This document shows positions 18,173-29,000 of a DNA stretch of 64,000 bases, piece after piece. The first letter of the stretch is position 1; every line of letters begins with the position of its first letter. The notes beneath the pieces were generated by a model. That model was not told the origin of the DNA and did not search any database. It was given only the letters and a program-made list of their open reading frames with translations. The position numbers were made by a program, and so were the translations under genes. The DNA comes from Bacteroidia bacterium (lineage in GTDB: Bacteria; Bacteroidota; Bacteroidia; NS11-12g; UBA9320). The DNA lies in the NCBI GenBank assembly GCA_965216465.1, contig CBDCFW010000005.1, forward strand, positions 544,001 through 608,000, in the 5' to 3' direction.

Positions 18173-18715
18173 ATGTGTTTCAGGACCAAAAAGAACAACA
18201 TTTCAACAACGCAAACACCGCCAATTAAGATGCAAAAAAGCGACACAAAAAAACTTGTTAATCTCGGAATAACGTTGCTCAATGAACGACAAGAAACAAT
18301 GGGTTATCTATACTCCAGCGTCAGAAATGCGGTAACAATATCAGACCCTACAGAACGAACAAGAATTCAACAGAATCTAAGTAACTCTGTGGCATTTATT
18401 GGTATTGCCCATATAATGACCATTGTAGAGAAGTCTTTTAATGAAAAATATTGGTCATCCGTTTTAAGCAAAGATGATTGTATGCGTTTGAAAGCGTACA
18501 AACATATAAGGGCCTGTACAATCAATGGTCTTACTGGGGATAGAGTCCTAGAGTGCAAAATGGATTTCACTTCAGTAATGAAATCTCCCAACCCAATTAA
18601 AGGCATACGTAGATGGAGTTCTAACAAGATAGAGATTGAAGAAAGTCTCCTAACTGATTCCATTCAAGATATCCGCCAAATTATCGACAAAGCCATAGTC
18701 TCAATTAATAAGTAA
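18173..18715 (+). CDS. Hypothetical protein, possibly degenerate HEPN fold
   Basis: Helical; AYKHIRACTING sits where RxxxxH would be; TAACTTTG promoter element just upstream. Confidence 0.45.
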   Translation: MCFRTKKNNISTTQTPPIKMQKSDTKKLVNLGITLLNERQETMGYLYSSVRNAVTISDPTERTRIQQNLSNSVAFIGIAHIMTIVEKSFNEKYWSSVLSKDDCMRLKAYKHIRACTINGLTGDRVLECKMDFTSVMKSPNPIKGIRRWSSNKIEIEESLLTDSIQDIRQIIDKAIVSINK

Positions 18716-18718
18716 GAA

Positions 18719-19690
18719 ATGAGTAGTAGCAACAAGACGTTTCTTGGTTTCTGGCCTACTAGGGAAAACTTTGGTGAAATTAGCCTTATAAACATTAACA
18801 ACGTAGGGATTCCAGATAAGAAATCAAGGGATCAACTAAAAGAAACAATTTACTTGAAACCAAGTGCGAAATGGGAAATAATTGTTGCTGTTGACTACAT
18901 GGTCCTATTACACCTGAGGGATCTTGAACACGAATTGCATATAGAACGAAATCAAAACAAAGACAAAATCAACTTCAGTATGAGAGGAACGATGGCAGCG
19001 TGGCCTGTATATCTCGAATCGCTAAATGCAATATACTTTTTACTTTTTGCTGCAATGTATACCGGCAGAAACTTAAGCTATCTTCATGATTTCTCTGAAA
19101 TAACCCTATGGGACTGCTCAAGATTAATTTATAATCAACATAACAAACCGTTAAGACATGCCCACTTCGGACGAAAGTCAGAACATTATCTCAGGAGATT
19201 CGGTGAGTGCATTTATAGTGCTCCAATCACCTTGTCACAGATAGACAAGCGGGTATTTGATGACATGGCACATTATTGGTCTACTATTTACAACCTTAAA
19301 CTAATTAAATTTACATCAGTAGGTACTAAAATTCTTTATGAGCACAGAATAAAGAACTTCAATGCCTCGGTTACAACAGCTTGGTTCGAGATTGAAAATT
19401 GGATTACTGAGTACGCTCATGTGATTGGAGTTCCTCTAACAGACAAAGACAATAATTCCCTTGAAATCAAGCGTCTTATTAACAAATTCCCTTTAGGAAC
19501 AATGGTTTCAAACTTAAGTTCTGATTTACATGCCGTAAGAATTGCTCGAAACAATATTGCTCATTCCAATTCTGCAGCGTCATTTAATGATTCACAACTT
19601 GCGATAACATGCTTTATGAAAATTTTCAACCTAAAAACTGGACTGCCTTTGAACATAGACTTCAATGCGCCTCCTATCTTCGGTCTATAG
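18719..19690 (+). CDS. HEPN-domain protein (ApeA-like architecture), putative RNase
   Basis: C-terminal AWFEIE helix and RIARNNIAH (RxxxxH) motif. Confidence 0.65.
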   Translation: MSSSNKTFLGFWPTRENFGEISLININNVGIPDKKSRDQLKETIYLKPSAKWEIIVAVDYMVLLHLRDLEHELHIERNQNKDKINFSMRGTMAAWPVYLESLNAIYFLLFAAMYTGRNLSYLHDFSEITLWDCSRLIYNQHNKPLRHAHFGRKSEHYLRRFGECIYSAPITLSQIDKRVFDDMAHYWSTIYNLKLIKFTSVGTKILYEHRIKNFNASVTTAWFEIENWITEYAHVIGVPLTDKDNNSLEIKRLINKFPLGTMVSNLSSDLHAVRIARNNIAHSNSAASFNDSQLAITCFMKIFNLKTGLPLNIDFNAPPIFGL

Positions 19691-19780
19691 AGAAAATAAG
19701 ACATGTTTCAATTCTGATATCAACCATGAAAAGATGAGTCTATCATATTGATTACCTTATGATTTCATCAATACCTTAAA

Positions 19781-19867
19781 TTCTGTATTGTAGTCTGATT
19801 ATCTGCCTGTTACAAAACTCAGTTGGTAATATCTCCCGTAATCTCCCCTCCTACCTACATGCTTAAA
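19781..19867 (+). repeat. att core copy 2 plus flank similar to the post-mnmE sequence
   Basis: TTCTGTATTG-N5-TGA then TATCTGCCTG; 19840-67 resembles 6523-6549. Confidence 0.6.
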
Positions 19868-19939
19868 TAAGCCACAGAATCTCCTGATCCAGAGAGCATT
19901 AGATCTCAGCGCAATGCAATCCTTTTGGCACCCAAAGAA

Positions 19940-20010
19940 GAGATAACAGCGAAATGATTTTGAAAATCCGTTGGTTAGAGATTGGGTTTACTTTCCAGAG
20001 TAGAAAGTGA
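19940..20010 (+). repeat. Diverged repeat shared with 28663-28733
   Basis: gagata...cgaaatgatt...aaaatc.g.tggtt.ga...tt.g.tttactttc...tagaaag present at both loci. Confidence 0.65.
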
Positions 20011-20063
20011 CATTCAAAACCTCAACTCATACTCAAAACCACTAGAGATAAGGTTGCTCAGCA

Positions 20064-23000
20064 CTACTGAGCAACCTTAACCAAATATCTGTAATATACA
20101 GTTCCTCCAATCTCAAATCGTACATTATACAACCCAGCACTTAGCGCACTTAAGTCTAAATGAGTAATATTCTCTGCAGCCACGTTAGTCTCTGTAACCA
20201 AGCTAACTCCGTAGTTATTTGCTACTACAATAGTCCCTGTTTGGCCGGCATGCCACCCTTTTGCTACCTCATCCAACTCAACACTCAACATTGCTTGCGT
20301 TGGGTTCGGCGCTAATAGTAAATGAGGAGATTCTTGAATCTCAACTGTATAGAGCTGCTCGTCTAAATCATCAAATTCACCATTAGTATTGTCTATTGAT
20401 ACCGACCCTGCACCAACTACATTATTTGAAGCATCTCGTTGCTCAATTCCTAATTCATAATACTCGTCATCAATATTGTCCCAGCCATTAGCGGGATCAA
20501 ACATCGGGGCAAAGAAATAAACGTCATTATCTGGAAGACTTAAATTATTAATACAATAGTTCCCAATTTGAGCAAAAGCAAAGATATCACCTCCCATATG
20601 GACAATATGTGAGTTCTGAGGCAAACAAGCAATCATTGGACTTATGAGTCTTTCCTCGACACGAATTGCAAAATCCCAATTGCTGAAGAAATTTGAATCC
20701 ATATCTTCAATACAAATTGAGACCAATCCTCCATTTACTGAACTTAGTCTACCGAAACCGATCCAAGAACCACCCATATAATCGATTTCTCCGTCATTGT
20801 CATTATCAACGAGATTACTTGTGTCTGAATCTACTACCCAGATGTTCTTTGTCGCTATGTTATTATTCCCAATAGCATTGTACTTAGCGTGCACTCCAAA
20901 TGCTTCATTCCTACTCATTCTGTGCGGGTAATCTTCACAATGTTCTAATCTCGCCAAAATACACACACTCAATCTATCAAAATCTCCAGCTTTATTTCCA
21001 TTTGCATCCTTTGGATAGTAATGAGCAGGATTGGGCGGATACCAATCATAGAATATGTTTAAACTATCTCCAGGAGCAATTGGAGGAACCATAATAGCGG
21101 CGGAGTTTATTCTACTTCCCATAGGGAAACTATCACTCAATGGGTCATTCCAAAATTGATTACCAATGGTGTCTAACCACCTTAAATCCCATTCTTCATT
21201 ATTTATCTGTCCAAGCGTCCAATAAAGATATAGAGGGGTCCTAACTGTCGGAACTGAAGCTCTGTTTCTAACTTTTATACCTAATTGATTTGGACTTAAA
21301 TTCTTAAACTCACATTGTTGATGAACAAGACCATTGTCAGAATTAACTCTATTCCAAATATCAGGAGATCGAACAATATCATAATGACTTGAATCTGGAT
21401 TAGGCTCTGTTCCATTGTCTTTCCAGCTATCCCTAATCCAAATATCTCCTTGAATATTAGTAAATAATAAGGCCTTCCTAGAATACACCGTTCCGCAACT
21501 TGTTGTAACCTTGAACCTAAATGTATCTGTAAGATTATAGCTTGAGGACTTATTAGATGTGTAGGTATAGGTCATGCCATTAACCGTTCCCAGTTCTGTG
21601 AAATCTGGATCTCCAGATGCCCTAAATTCTGCCTTAATTACTGCCTGTGTAGAAGTCAGGTTTCTTAGCTCAAGATCAAATTGTATTTGATCACTCGAAG
21701 GATCACAAAGAAGTACATCTTCTGGTTGCTTTGTAATATAAATGCCCGGCTTAATCTCCAATACATTGGAGTAGGTCACACAGGTAAAATAAGGAATATC
21801 TAACTTTCTTCTATAAAAAGAAATTGTGTCTTGATGCAAGATTGTATCGTAGAAGGTGTGATTCGTATATCCGGTTCCGCTACTACCAGTTTTCATAATA
21901 CTCCAACTAGCATTATCAGATGAAGACTCCCACACATAGGTCAAAGAATTATTGCCAATGTTAGAGTAGAGAGAATTACCCTTTAGGTGAATGCTATCAC
22001 CTCCTGTGCAAAACTCTATTTCATCTGTCCAAATTGTGTTGCTTTCAAATACACGTGCAACATTAACACTGTTACTATACGATTCACAATCCCCAGACTT
22101 CACAAGTCTTCTATAATAAGTTGAAAACGAAGGACTTAAATAAAAATCCCTATTTGTAGCACCAGAAACAATACTATAATCGGTACCATTTGACGACGAA
22201 TACCACTGGTAAGAATAATTACCTGTTCCTCCTGAAGGGTCTGAACCGTGAATCACCGAATTTGAATCAACTTGACAAAAAATTGTTGAATCAACAGAAA
22301 TTGTATTTTGAATTGGAGTATGCACAGTAACTTGAATTACAGAAGTATCTGAGCACCCAAAACTTGAAGTACTAATCAACTCTATTGATCCATTTGTCGT
22401 AAACTCTGTTAGAATACTGGTGTCCGTAAGTATTCTAACAAGTGTTCCATTCGAAACACTCCAATTAAAGGATTCACCCAACCTTATTGGAGTTGCAGAG
22501 TAGGTGTATTGCTCGTTTGTGTAGCAAATTTGTCGATCTCCTAAAATATTCGGAGCAGGAAGTGGTTCTAAAGAGAGTTGCTTCGATACCGTATCCCCAT
22601 CAACAATTAAACTCACAGTATAAATCCCTTGACTATTATAAGAATGGCTCGGATCTTCTAAAAGGGATGTATCTCCATCACCAAACAACCACTTCTTTGA
22701 AAGATTACAGTATTCCTCTGTATTAAATTGCACTTGAGTACAATTGGTTACGCTAAAATCAAAGTCAAGCTGAGAATCAATCTTCTTTTTTACATCAAGT
22801 GAAATTGTATCGACACAACCTGTCACAGAATCAGTAATAATACACTGAATCTGACCATTTCTTGACCAGACTGCATATGCAATATTAACTGAGTCAATTA
22901 GTGATGAATTGCCAATAGCACTCCACTGGTAGGCAAAACCACTATTATAAGGTAAGCTATACTGAAATGATGTGCTGTCATCACAGTTTACTGTTACACC

Positions 23001-26000
23001 AGTCATAACTTTATCTGCTGCACCAATACCAATAGTAACAGTTTTTGTAACAGTGTCTTTACCCACTATGAGTTTGACTGTATATGACCCGTCACTAGCA
23101 TACGTGTGAAATGGATCTTGACGATATGAATCTGTTCCATCGCCAAACATCCAGTAATGTCCAGAATCGCAATAATTAAAGGTCTCAAACTGAATATCAG
23201 AACAGTTAATCGCAGTATAACTGAAATCAACATCAATACTATCTGACCAATAAACATATTTTGTGACAGAGTCAATACATCCAGATTGTAAGTTTGTCAC
23301 CACTGCCTTTATATAACTAGCGGTATCTGACCAAAACACATGAACTTTCTTGTTCTGATAATACTCATCTCCTCCATCAACTATCCAAATGACGCTATCT
23401 TCCTTGTTTTTATCAAAGTCAGTGTAGTACTCATACTCAATGGAGTTATCGCACAACACTTCCCTTCCATATATTTTTAATTCACCTATAAATCCAATTT
23501 CGACTTCTTGACTAATTGGATCTCCATCAACTATTAACACGACCGTGTATATACCTTCATCAGCATAAGTGTGACTGGGATTTTGAAGTTCAGAACTATC
23601 ACCATCACCAAAGAACCATTTAAACGAGTTCGCACAACAAGTCTTAGCTCTGAACTTGACTTCAAAGCAAGAAATTCTCTCAACAATAAAACCTTCATTG
23701 GTTAATAGGGGAGGATCTGCATCTATGAAGTTTGGTAAACCAACCTTACATATCCCTCCATCATTCCCGACATTTAATACTGGTCCAACAGCTTGAAATT
23801 CACATTCGTTGGTATTGGTAACACGCTCATTAGGTTTATTTACTACGGCTACATATGACTGATTATATGCTGTAACATATATCTTACCATCTGGGGCCAC
23901 CTGTAAAGCTCTGAAGTAACTTCCAATATCTTGCTCCTCAAACTCAGCTACAGCTCTCCTTGAACCGAAAACATCTTGACTCTGTAAATCATATTGATAC
24001 AGATAGTGATAGAAATTGGAGTCTATAATATTGCTTCCGCTTCCCTTATACTTTGCCCCGCTGATATACATCAGCTTACTATTTGGACTAAATGTTACTC
24101 CATACAGTCTATCACTGTTTTGAAGAGAGTCATTGAACTTTAATGTTAATGAGCCATCTGCACGACAGAATTCATACAAACTGTTCAATACCCAAACATA
24201 TAATCCGTCGGGCGAAAACTTGATAAATCCTGTATGAGAGCTATTTTGATTGGTATAAATGCTCTGTCGGTGCGAAAATCTTACCCCTGTGTCGCTGACC
24301 ACATAGAACTCAACATAATTAGTACCTCCAGAACCAGCAGGATTAGTCGTTAGTAGCCAGAAGGTACTGTCATCACATCGCTTGATAGCCGAAATTGCCT
24401 CACTAGGCCCAGCAAGATTACCTAAAGTATCTCGAATTGTGTCGTTTCGTAATGTAACCGATCCGTATTGAGTTCTTACTGGATTATAGACAATCAAGTC
24501 TATTAAATTTCTGTTAAATACACTCTGTAAGTTTCCAACAGAACCAACAAATGCACGTGTAAACAAATGCAATTTGCTGGTATCTGAATTATAAGGAATT
24601 ACGATCATACTCTGTGCACTGCTACTGCTTCCGTCGATTTCAGAATTTGTCATTGCCCTAAATCTGTGTCCATACACATCTAAACCATTAACCTCAGCAC
24701 TTGATACTGATTGACCTCCTGCATATGCCTTCAAATTCCCTGAACTATCACTATATGATGTGCTTCCTTCATAGGATTGAATGTTTGGAGCATTTGATCT
24801 TGGACCAGTAGAGCGTGTCACCTTGTTATCGTAGAAATGAAGACCAGCATGGTCTCCAAAAAGCCAATTTGCCTTAGTACTTTCCATTGGACTGCACTCA
24901 ATAACCTGAACGTTATAAGGGTAGACATAAGTTTTATTGCTTGAACCCACACTTATTGTAAGTTTTATGTCGTAAGTTCCTGTATCAATATTTGCTACTG
25001 TATATTGATATAAGCCAGAACCAATAGTTGAGCTATAACTTGTTTGCCATTTCTTTTTGTACTCCCATTTATAGGTCACCCCAGTTCCAAGATTATATGC
25101 TTCAAACCAAGCATCATCTCCGTAGCATACTAAGTTAGATCCAACAAACCTTGCAACCCAAAAACAACTGTCGCTATCTACGGTATTTACACTTCTAGGA
25201 TCTGCCAATTGACTTCGATAGGTGTGTAGTGTTGAGAGCATCACACTCAATTGGTCATTGGTGAATTGCTTGCGACAAGCATCTGAGGTGTAACTCATCA
25301 AATTGTATACTGCATCATAATCAGAACTATCTGGACAAGAGTTGAGCGTAGGGTTACAATTAGTTATTTCACCTTTACTTTGAGCTACATCACAGCATAG
25401 ATCCCCACTATCTTTACAGTTAGGATATGTACTGCCAGAACATTCTTGCTCCCATGGATGGAACAGACCTAAATAATGACCGACCTCATGAGCTAAAAGA
25501 TCTCCTTCATTTCCGTTCCGTATTGGAGTTCCGTAATTGTAATGTCCAAATACGTCATACTCCATTACTGTACCTTGAGCAATACTCCCTATCGTAAAAG
25601 GATAACTTGAATATCCATCTACGGGTGTAGTACCTCCTGTTTTACTCAACACCTTATTAATCACATAAATATTCAGATACTTACTTTCATCGATATTGTA
25701 TTCTTGCCGAATTAAATCAAAACTGTCCTGATGAAGACTCATTTGATAAAATCGAGATGATGAATGCCGATATATTGTATCCAAAAAGAATTGTATTCCT
25801 GTATTTATACTGTTAATGTCATCGGCAAACACATTGTTCAATTGATTGATCTGGTTTACTATTTGAGAACTATTGATATTCTCATTTGATCCAATGTTAT
25901 TATTAGGGTGATGTACTACGTGAACGATTACAGGAATAATATAATTAGTTTCTACACATCCATTACCTGTGCCACCTGTTAAGCTAAATATACCTGAGGG

Positions 26001-26186
26001 TATATTATGTGGCCCAAGGTTTGTTGATCTCCAATGATTAACACTTGCACTATGAGCAGATTTCACAGAGGGCTCAACTTTGTTATTCTCAATCAAAAGA
26101 TCAAGCTGCTCATCGCTAGCACATGGATTTTGAGAAAAAACAGAAAAACAGATTAAAAGAAAAAGAATGGATAATAGTGATTTCAT
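20064..26186 (-). CDS. T9SS-secreted M43 (pappalysin/ulilysin-like) metalloprotease with beta-propeller and PKD repeats
   Basis: Signal peptide; HEVGHYLGLFH; Met-turn NLMSY; three WxFGDG PKD units; APNP...LSAGLY type-A CTD. Confidence 0.88.
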   Translation of the reverse strand: MKSLLSILFLLICFSVFSQNPCASDEQLDLLIENNKVEPSVKSAHSASVNHWRSTNLGPHNIPSGIFSLTGGTGNGCVETNYIIPVIVHVVHHPNNNIGSNENINSSQIVNQINQLNNVFADDINSINTGIQFFLDTIYRHSSSRFYQMSLHQDSFDLIRQEYNIDESKYLNIYVINKVLSKTGGTTPVDGYSSYPFTIGSIAQGTVMEYDVFGHYNYGTPIRNGNEGDLLAHEVGHYLGLFHPWEQECSGSTYPNCKDSGDLCCDVAQSKGEITNCNPTLNSCPDSSDYDAVYNLMSYTSDACRKQFTNDQLSVMLSTLHTYRSQLADPRSVNTVDSDSCFWVARFVGSNLVCYGDDAWFEAYNLGTGVTYKWEYKKKWQTSYSSTIGSGLYQYTVANIDTGTYDIKLTISVGSSNKTYVYPYNVQVIECSPMESTKANWLFGDHAGLHFYDNKVTRSTGPRSNAPNIQSYEGSTSYSDSSGNLKAYAGGQSVSSAEVNGLDVYGHRFRAMTNSEIDGSSSSAQSMIVIPYNSDTSKLHLFTRAFVGSVGNLQSVFNRNLIDLIVYNPVRTQYGSVTLRNDTIRDTLGNLAGPSEAISAIKRCDDSTFWLLTTNPAGSGGTNYVEFYVVSDTGVRFSHRQSIYTNQNSSHTGFIKFSPDGLYVWVLNSLYEFCRADGSLTLKFNDSLQNSDRLYGVTFSPNSKLMYISGAKYKGSGSNIIDSNFYHYLYQYDLQSQDVFGSRRAVAEFEEQDIGSYFRALQVAPDGKIYVTAYNQSYVAVVNKPNERVTNTNECEFQAVGPVLNVGNDGGICKVGLPNFIDADPPLLTNEGFIVERISCFEVKFRAKTCCANSFKWFFGDGDSSELQNPSHTYADEGIYTVVLIVDGDPISQEVEIGFIGELKIYGREVLCDNSIEYEYYTDFDKNKEDSVIWIVDGGDEYYQNKKVHVFWSDTASYIKAVVTNLQSGCIDSVTKYVYWSDSIDVDFSYTAINCSDIQFETFNYCDSGHYWMFGDGTDSYRQDPFHTYASDGSYTVKLIVGKDTVTKTVTIGIGAADKVMTGVTVNCDDSTSFQYSLPYNSGFAYQWSAIGNSSLIDSVNIAYAVWSRNGQIQCIITDSVTGCVDTISLDVKKKIDSQLDFDFSVTNCTQVQFNTEEYCNLSKKWLFGDGDTSLLEDPSHSYNSQGIYTVSLIVDGDTVSKQLSLEPLPAPNILGDRQICYTNEQYTYSATPIRLGESFNWSVSNGTLVRILTDTSILTEFTTNGSIELISTSSFGCSDTSVIQVTVHTPIQNTISVDSTIFCQVDSNSVIHGSDPSGGTGNYSYQWYSSSNGTDYSIVSGATNRDFYLSPSFSTYYRRLVKSGDCESYSNSVNVARVFESNTIWTDEIEFCTGGDSIHLKGNSLYSNIGNNSLTYVWESSSDNASWSIMKTGSSGTGYTNHTFYDTILHQDTISFYRRKLDIPYFTCVTYSNVLEIKPGIYITKQPEDVLLCDPSSDQIQFDLELRNLTSTQAVIKAEFRASGDPDFTELGTVNGMTYTYTSNKSSSYNLTDTFRFKVTTSCGTVYSRKALLFTNIQGDIWIRDSWKDNGTEPNPDSSHYDIVRSPDIWNRVNSDNGLVHQQCEFKNLSPNQLGIKVRNRASVPTVRTPLYLYWTLGQINNEEWDLRWLDTIGNQFWNDPLSDSFPMGSRINSAAIMVPPIAPGDSLNIFYDWYPPNPAHYYPKDANGNKAGDFDRLSVCILARLEHCEDYPHRMSRNEAFGVHAKYNAIGNNNIATKNIWVVDSDTSNLVDNDNDGEIDYMGGSWIGFGRLSSVNGGLVSICIEDMDSNFFSNWDFAIRVEERLISPMIACLPQNSHIVHMGGDIFAFAQIGNYCINNLSLPDNDVYFFAPMFDPANGWDNIDDEYYELGIEQRDASNNVVGAGSVSIDNTNGEFDDLDEQLYTVEIQESPHLLLAPNPTQAMLSVELDEVAKGWHAGQTGTIVVANNYGVSLVTETNVAAENITHLDLSALSAGLYNVRFEIGGTVYYRYLVKVAQ

Positions 26187-26269
26187 ACGGTAAGGAATTT
26201 TAGGTTTTCAATCTTGAGTTTTCAATTCAAAGACTGTGTCACGAATCTAACATGAATTATTCACCTCTC

Positions 26270-26298
26270 CAAACCTAGGTCTGTTTGCTTTATTTTTG
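26270..26298. promoter_or_regulatory. Back-to-back divergent Bacteroidota promoters
   Basis: Minus-strand TAGGTTTG (26270-77) and plus-strand TATTTTTG (26291-98) between the two T9SS genes. Confidence 0.5.
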
Positions 26299-26349
26299 AA
26301 GTAAATTTTGAAAGCATCTATTCTACACCTTCGATGGTCTATTGAAAAT

Positions 26350-28470
26350 ATGAAAGTTCTGCAAATGATACTTGTGGTTTTTATCTCTATTGGTAACGTA
26401 AAGTCTCAATGTCCAGAAACCAACCCTCAATGCAATGCTGCGAATCATTGGGTTTTTGGAACCAATATTCACCTCGAGTTTGAAGGTGACAGTGTCCTTC
26501 AACATCGAATTTCCGGCGTCGATTGGTTGGAAGGGACAACGAGTTTCACTAAAGACAGTTCGCTATGGTTCAGTTTTGAACAAAGAGCTATCGTAAACAA
26601 TAATACAAATGCACAAATGATACCTTACGAGTATTATGGCTCTGAATCATCAACTCAAGGCATTTTGTTTCTTCACCATCCAGAAGATTCTGTTTATTTC
26701 TCTTTTTTATCTGAAGGGTCTAGTGGCGGAGGATTCACAAGTAAAACACTATTCACTGCAGTTGGCTTGATCGATAGTTTTATAAGATTGCCATTCCATG
26801 GAGGTCAAAAACAACATGCTGTAAACCATCAAAACTCCAGAGACATTTGGTACGCAAATCATGCAACAACAGGTGATAGTACTTTCTTTTTTCTCATCAA
26901 AAAAGATGGAATGTTAGAGTGTCCTGTAGTTACTCACTCAGACAATGATTATTGGACATGGGCTGCAACTCAAGGACAAATGAAATTTAGTCCTGACGGA
27001 AGGTATTTAGCAGAAGCTGCAAATAATAATCCCTTTTCATTTGCAGTCTATAAAACTAATTTAGAATATCCTAGGTTAGATAGTGTTTATGTGTTTTCTA
27101 AAGGTTTTGGGCCTGATTATAGTAAAAACTGGCCTTTTGGGTTAGAATTTAGCCCTAGTGGGAAAAAGGTTTATCTACTTGCAGGAAGACAAGATCCTGA
27201 TTTTCCTCCAGTGCTATATCAAATTGAAATAGACAGTCTTCAAAATGACACACCAGGAATTGGCAACACTTGGCATTCGCTTGATAGTTTTTTTAATGTT
27301 TATGAGGGTTGTTTACAACTCGCTCCAAATGGCAAAATTTATCACTCTATCCCTTATAAGAACTATTTAGGAGTAATTAACCGCCCTGACTCTTCAGGGC
27401 TAAAATGCAACTACATTCGTCAAGGTCTTCCTCTTGATAGTGGAGGTCAAGGGCAGTTTGGTGTTCCGACATTCAATCAAAGCTATTTTTATACTCCAGC
27501 GATAGACTTTGCTTATGAAGAGAACTGCCAGACTAATGAATATGAGTTTTGGGGAAGAGACACGTTTGGAGCTACCAATCACTTATGGCTTTTTGAAAAG
27601 GGGCCAATTACAGATACGATGAGAAACAAATCAGGATTGTATTTATTTAAAGAGACCGGAGTTTACAAGGTGACCTACTTTGCATCAAAAGGAAGTAGGT
27701 CAGATACAATTACTAAAAGTCTTACTGTTCGACCAAAACTTAGCCCTAACTTTCTTGGGCCAGATACTTTTTATTGTAAAGGAGAAAGCTTTACATACAC
27801 CTTATCTGCTCCGAAAGATCTTCACTGCATCCATTGGAACGGTGAAGAACCGTACAGCAATCTATTTGGAGACACTATGATTGGTTATGACAATTTCTAT
27901 GGGCATATACAAAAAAATAGATCATATGTAATAGATACAGCTGGAACGTACACAGCACGGATTACTAACAAAACATTTTGCAGAGCTTGGGACACTGTAA
28001 AGGTTATTGAACATCCATTGCCTCAAACACCTGTAGTTACTCGTAGTGGGAATTGGATTGAAACTAAAACAAACGCAAACCAATACAGGTGGTATTTTAA
28101 TGGTCAATTGTTAGAAGGGGAAAGCAACAAAACCATCAATCCAGACACCAATGGTTATTATCAAGTTCAGTTGATAACTGAATATGGTTGTGAAAGTGTT
28201 TTAAGTGATAGTTTTTTGGTAGACTTTGCTAGGATTGATCGCATAGACTTAAATACTGACTTTAGAATTTATCCAAATCCAAGCGTAGGCACTTTTTACG
28301 TTGAAGGAATTGTAAACGACTTCAAGATTGAAATCTTCGATATGCATGGTAGATTAGTGTTGCAACAGCAAAACAACCCAAGATTCAGATTGAATGTTGC
28401 AGGAAGCTACACTGTTCGAATAGTTACCTCTGAAGGCGCGCACTCATCAATAGTGGCTGTTATTGATTAG
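26350..28470 (+). CDS. T9SS type-A secreted beta-propeller/PKD protein
   Basis: ORF track starts at TTG 26308; ATG 26350 gives a signal peptide. NHWVFG, KFSPDG, LQLAPNGKIY; IYPNPS CTD. Confidence 0.8.
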   Translation: MKVLQMILVVFISIGNVKSQCPETNPQCNAANHWVFGTNIHLEFEGDSVLQHRISGVDWLEGTTSFTKDSSLWFSFEQRAIVNNNTNAQMIPYEYYGSESSTQGILFLHHPEDSVYFSFLSEGSSGGGFTSKTLFTAVGLIDSFIRLPFHGGQKQHAVNHQNSRDIWYANHATTGDSTFFFLIKKDGMLECPVVTHSDNDYWTWAATQGQMKFSPDGRYLAEAANNNPFSFAVYKTNLEYPRLDSVYVFSKGFGPDYSKNWPFGLEFSPSGKKVYLLAGRQDPDFPPVLYQIEIDSLQNDTPGIGNTWHSLDSFFNVYEGCLQLAPNGKIYHSIPYKNYLGVINRPDSSGLKCNYIRQGLPLDSGGQGQFGVPTFNQSYFYTPAIDFAYEENCQTNEYEFWGRDTFGATNHLWLFEKGPITDTMRNKSGLYLFKETGVYKVTYFASKGSRSDTITKSLTVRPKLSPNFLGPDTFYCKGESFTYTLSAPKDLHCIHWNGEEPYSNLFGDTMIGYDNFYGHIQKNRSYVIDTAGTYTARITNKTFCRAWDTVKVIEHPLPQTPVVTRSGNWIETKTNANQYRWYFNGQLLEGESNKTINPDTNGYYQVQLITEYGCESVLSDSFLVDFARIDRIDLNTDFRIYPNPSVGTFYVEGIVNDFKIEIFDMHGRLVLQQQNNPRFRLNVAGSYTVRIVTSEGAHSSIVAVID

Positions 28471-28623
28471 CTGTGTAGAGATTTCTCTTTTGCTACAAAC
28501 CATAGTCAACGTTACTCGTCATGCAGATGCTTTAAGAGCCAAATTCCGTGTACCTTCAGTGTACATCAGGCGAACACACACAAGTGCATCTTTCTGATTA
28601 TCCGATGCTTGCGAGATTTTGTT

Positions 28624-28644
28624 ACTTTCTGTATTGGGAAGTGA
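28624..28644 (+). repeat. att core copy 3 (encodes FCIGK*)
   Basis: TTCTGTATTGGGAAGTGA, synonymous with the mnmE end; forms ACTTTC-TGTATTG-GGAAGT imperfect inverted repeat. Confidence 0.8.
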
Positions 28645-29000
28645 TCTGCCTGGGATCTACTGGAGATATCACGACGAAATGATTCTAAAAATCTGATGGT
28701 TTGAAGTTCGATTTACTTTCTGTGATAGAAAGCCGCAATAAAATACTTAATTACCTTGCCCCAAAAAACTAACTCATGTTTGAGGAGTAAAAGCCCTAAA
28801 CATTTGGGTATTAACATATACAGCTTAAGGGATAACAGCTTTGGGGAAACATATCCTTTTAACATTCTACAAAGCTTTATTTCTCATTTTGTCTATCTTA
28901 GATGCGGCAGAACCTGATTCGCCGGCCCTAAATGTTGTGAAGATTTCTCATCTTCGATGTTTGGTCTTGCCAGGTGCTAGACACCACTTAAAATCTAAGC

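Larger units (their letters stand above)
6472..19798. mobile_element. Integrative satellite-like element inserted at the mnmE 3' end
   Basis: Xis plus tyrosine integrase immediately after mnmE, primase-helicase and iterons, defence-type cargo; bounded by TTTTGTATTG-gtaaa-TGA (6472) and TTCTGTATTG-tagtc-TGA (19781). Right boundary is inferred. Confidence 0.75.

Noticed and set aside
6730-19690. Prophage or conjugative transposon
   Set aside because: No structural, packaging, lysis, relaxase or tra genes.
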